DNA of 13,197 nucleotides from a virus (taxonomy: Duplodnaviria; Heunggongvirae; Uroviricota; Caudoviricetes), in the IMG/VR virus record IMGVR_UViG_3300012933_000236, positions 64,001 to 77,197 of that record, one strand, 5' to 3'. A program made the translations under genes and the position numbers. The notes under the pieces were generated by a model, which saw nothing but the letters and a program-made list of their open reading frames with translations, was not told where the DNA came from and ran no database searches. This document shows, one piece after another, positions 13,070 to 13,197 of this stretch. How positions within the stretch are numbered: the stretch's first letter is position 1; each line of letters opens with the position of its first letter.

Positions 13070-13174
13070 AGTTATAGTTCAATATATTCCGTATCTTAGT
13101 TAAGTCACTCCCTACTTAACCCAAATAGTAAACCCCGGACGCTTACCCAACCTGAAATATACTGAACTATAACC
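13070..13174 (-). ncRNA. structured RNA element: 20-21-bp closing helix enclosing two hairpins
   Basis: Arms 13154-13173 and 13071-13090 pair fully on the minus strand, with both deviations being G-U. Internal hairpins at 13128-13146 and 13099-13120. Confidence 0.7.
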
Positions 13175-13197
13175 TCTGGTCCCTAAACCAGTATTAT

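Noticed and set aside
13070-13174. Retron msr-msd, CRISPR or tRNA interpretation of the structured element
   Set aside because: The adjacent gene has no reverse-transcriptase motifs, there is no repeat-spacer periodicity, and there is no TTCRA T-loop or CCA end.
13112-13195. Open frame NTGLGTRGYSSVYFRLGKRPGFTIWVK* at the window edge (minus strand)
   Set aside because: Only 27 codons with no visible start, and the region is better explained by extensive RNA pairing. It cannot be fully excluded without upstream sequence.

Overview
The window is a fragment of an AT-rich, tailed dsDNA phage genome. The spanin pair implies a Gram-negative host. No integrase, repressor, CRISPR array or transposase is visible. 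Two convergent blocks meet at a bidirectional terminator (about 2105-2147). (1) A plus-strand lysis cassette (69-2106) has three membrane proteins, one of them with an EF-hand loop, then an i-spanin with a fully embedded o-spanin, then an M15 peptidase endolysin. (2) A long minus-strand DNA/nucleotide-metabolism block, read in transcription order from 13197, begins with a highly structured ~105-nt RNA element. It continues through a Pol-beta-like nucleotidyltransferase, three tandem paralogs of an unknown family, tRNA(CAU), a consensus sigma70 promoter with a structured leader, SSB, small genes, a 5'-3' exonuclease, endonuclease VII, an HTH-DEDD-Zn exonuclease, a MazG-like and a dATP/dGTP-type pyrophosphatase, a sigma70 promoter, nrdB, nrdA (compact, with atypical residues), a 19-aa micro-ORF and thioredoxin. 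The best candidate for an undescribed system is the unit structured RNA - nucleotidyltransferase - three paralogs - tRNA (10993-13174). All family assignments come from motif recognition, not database searches.
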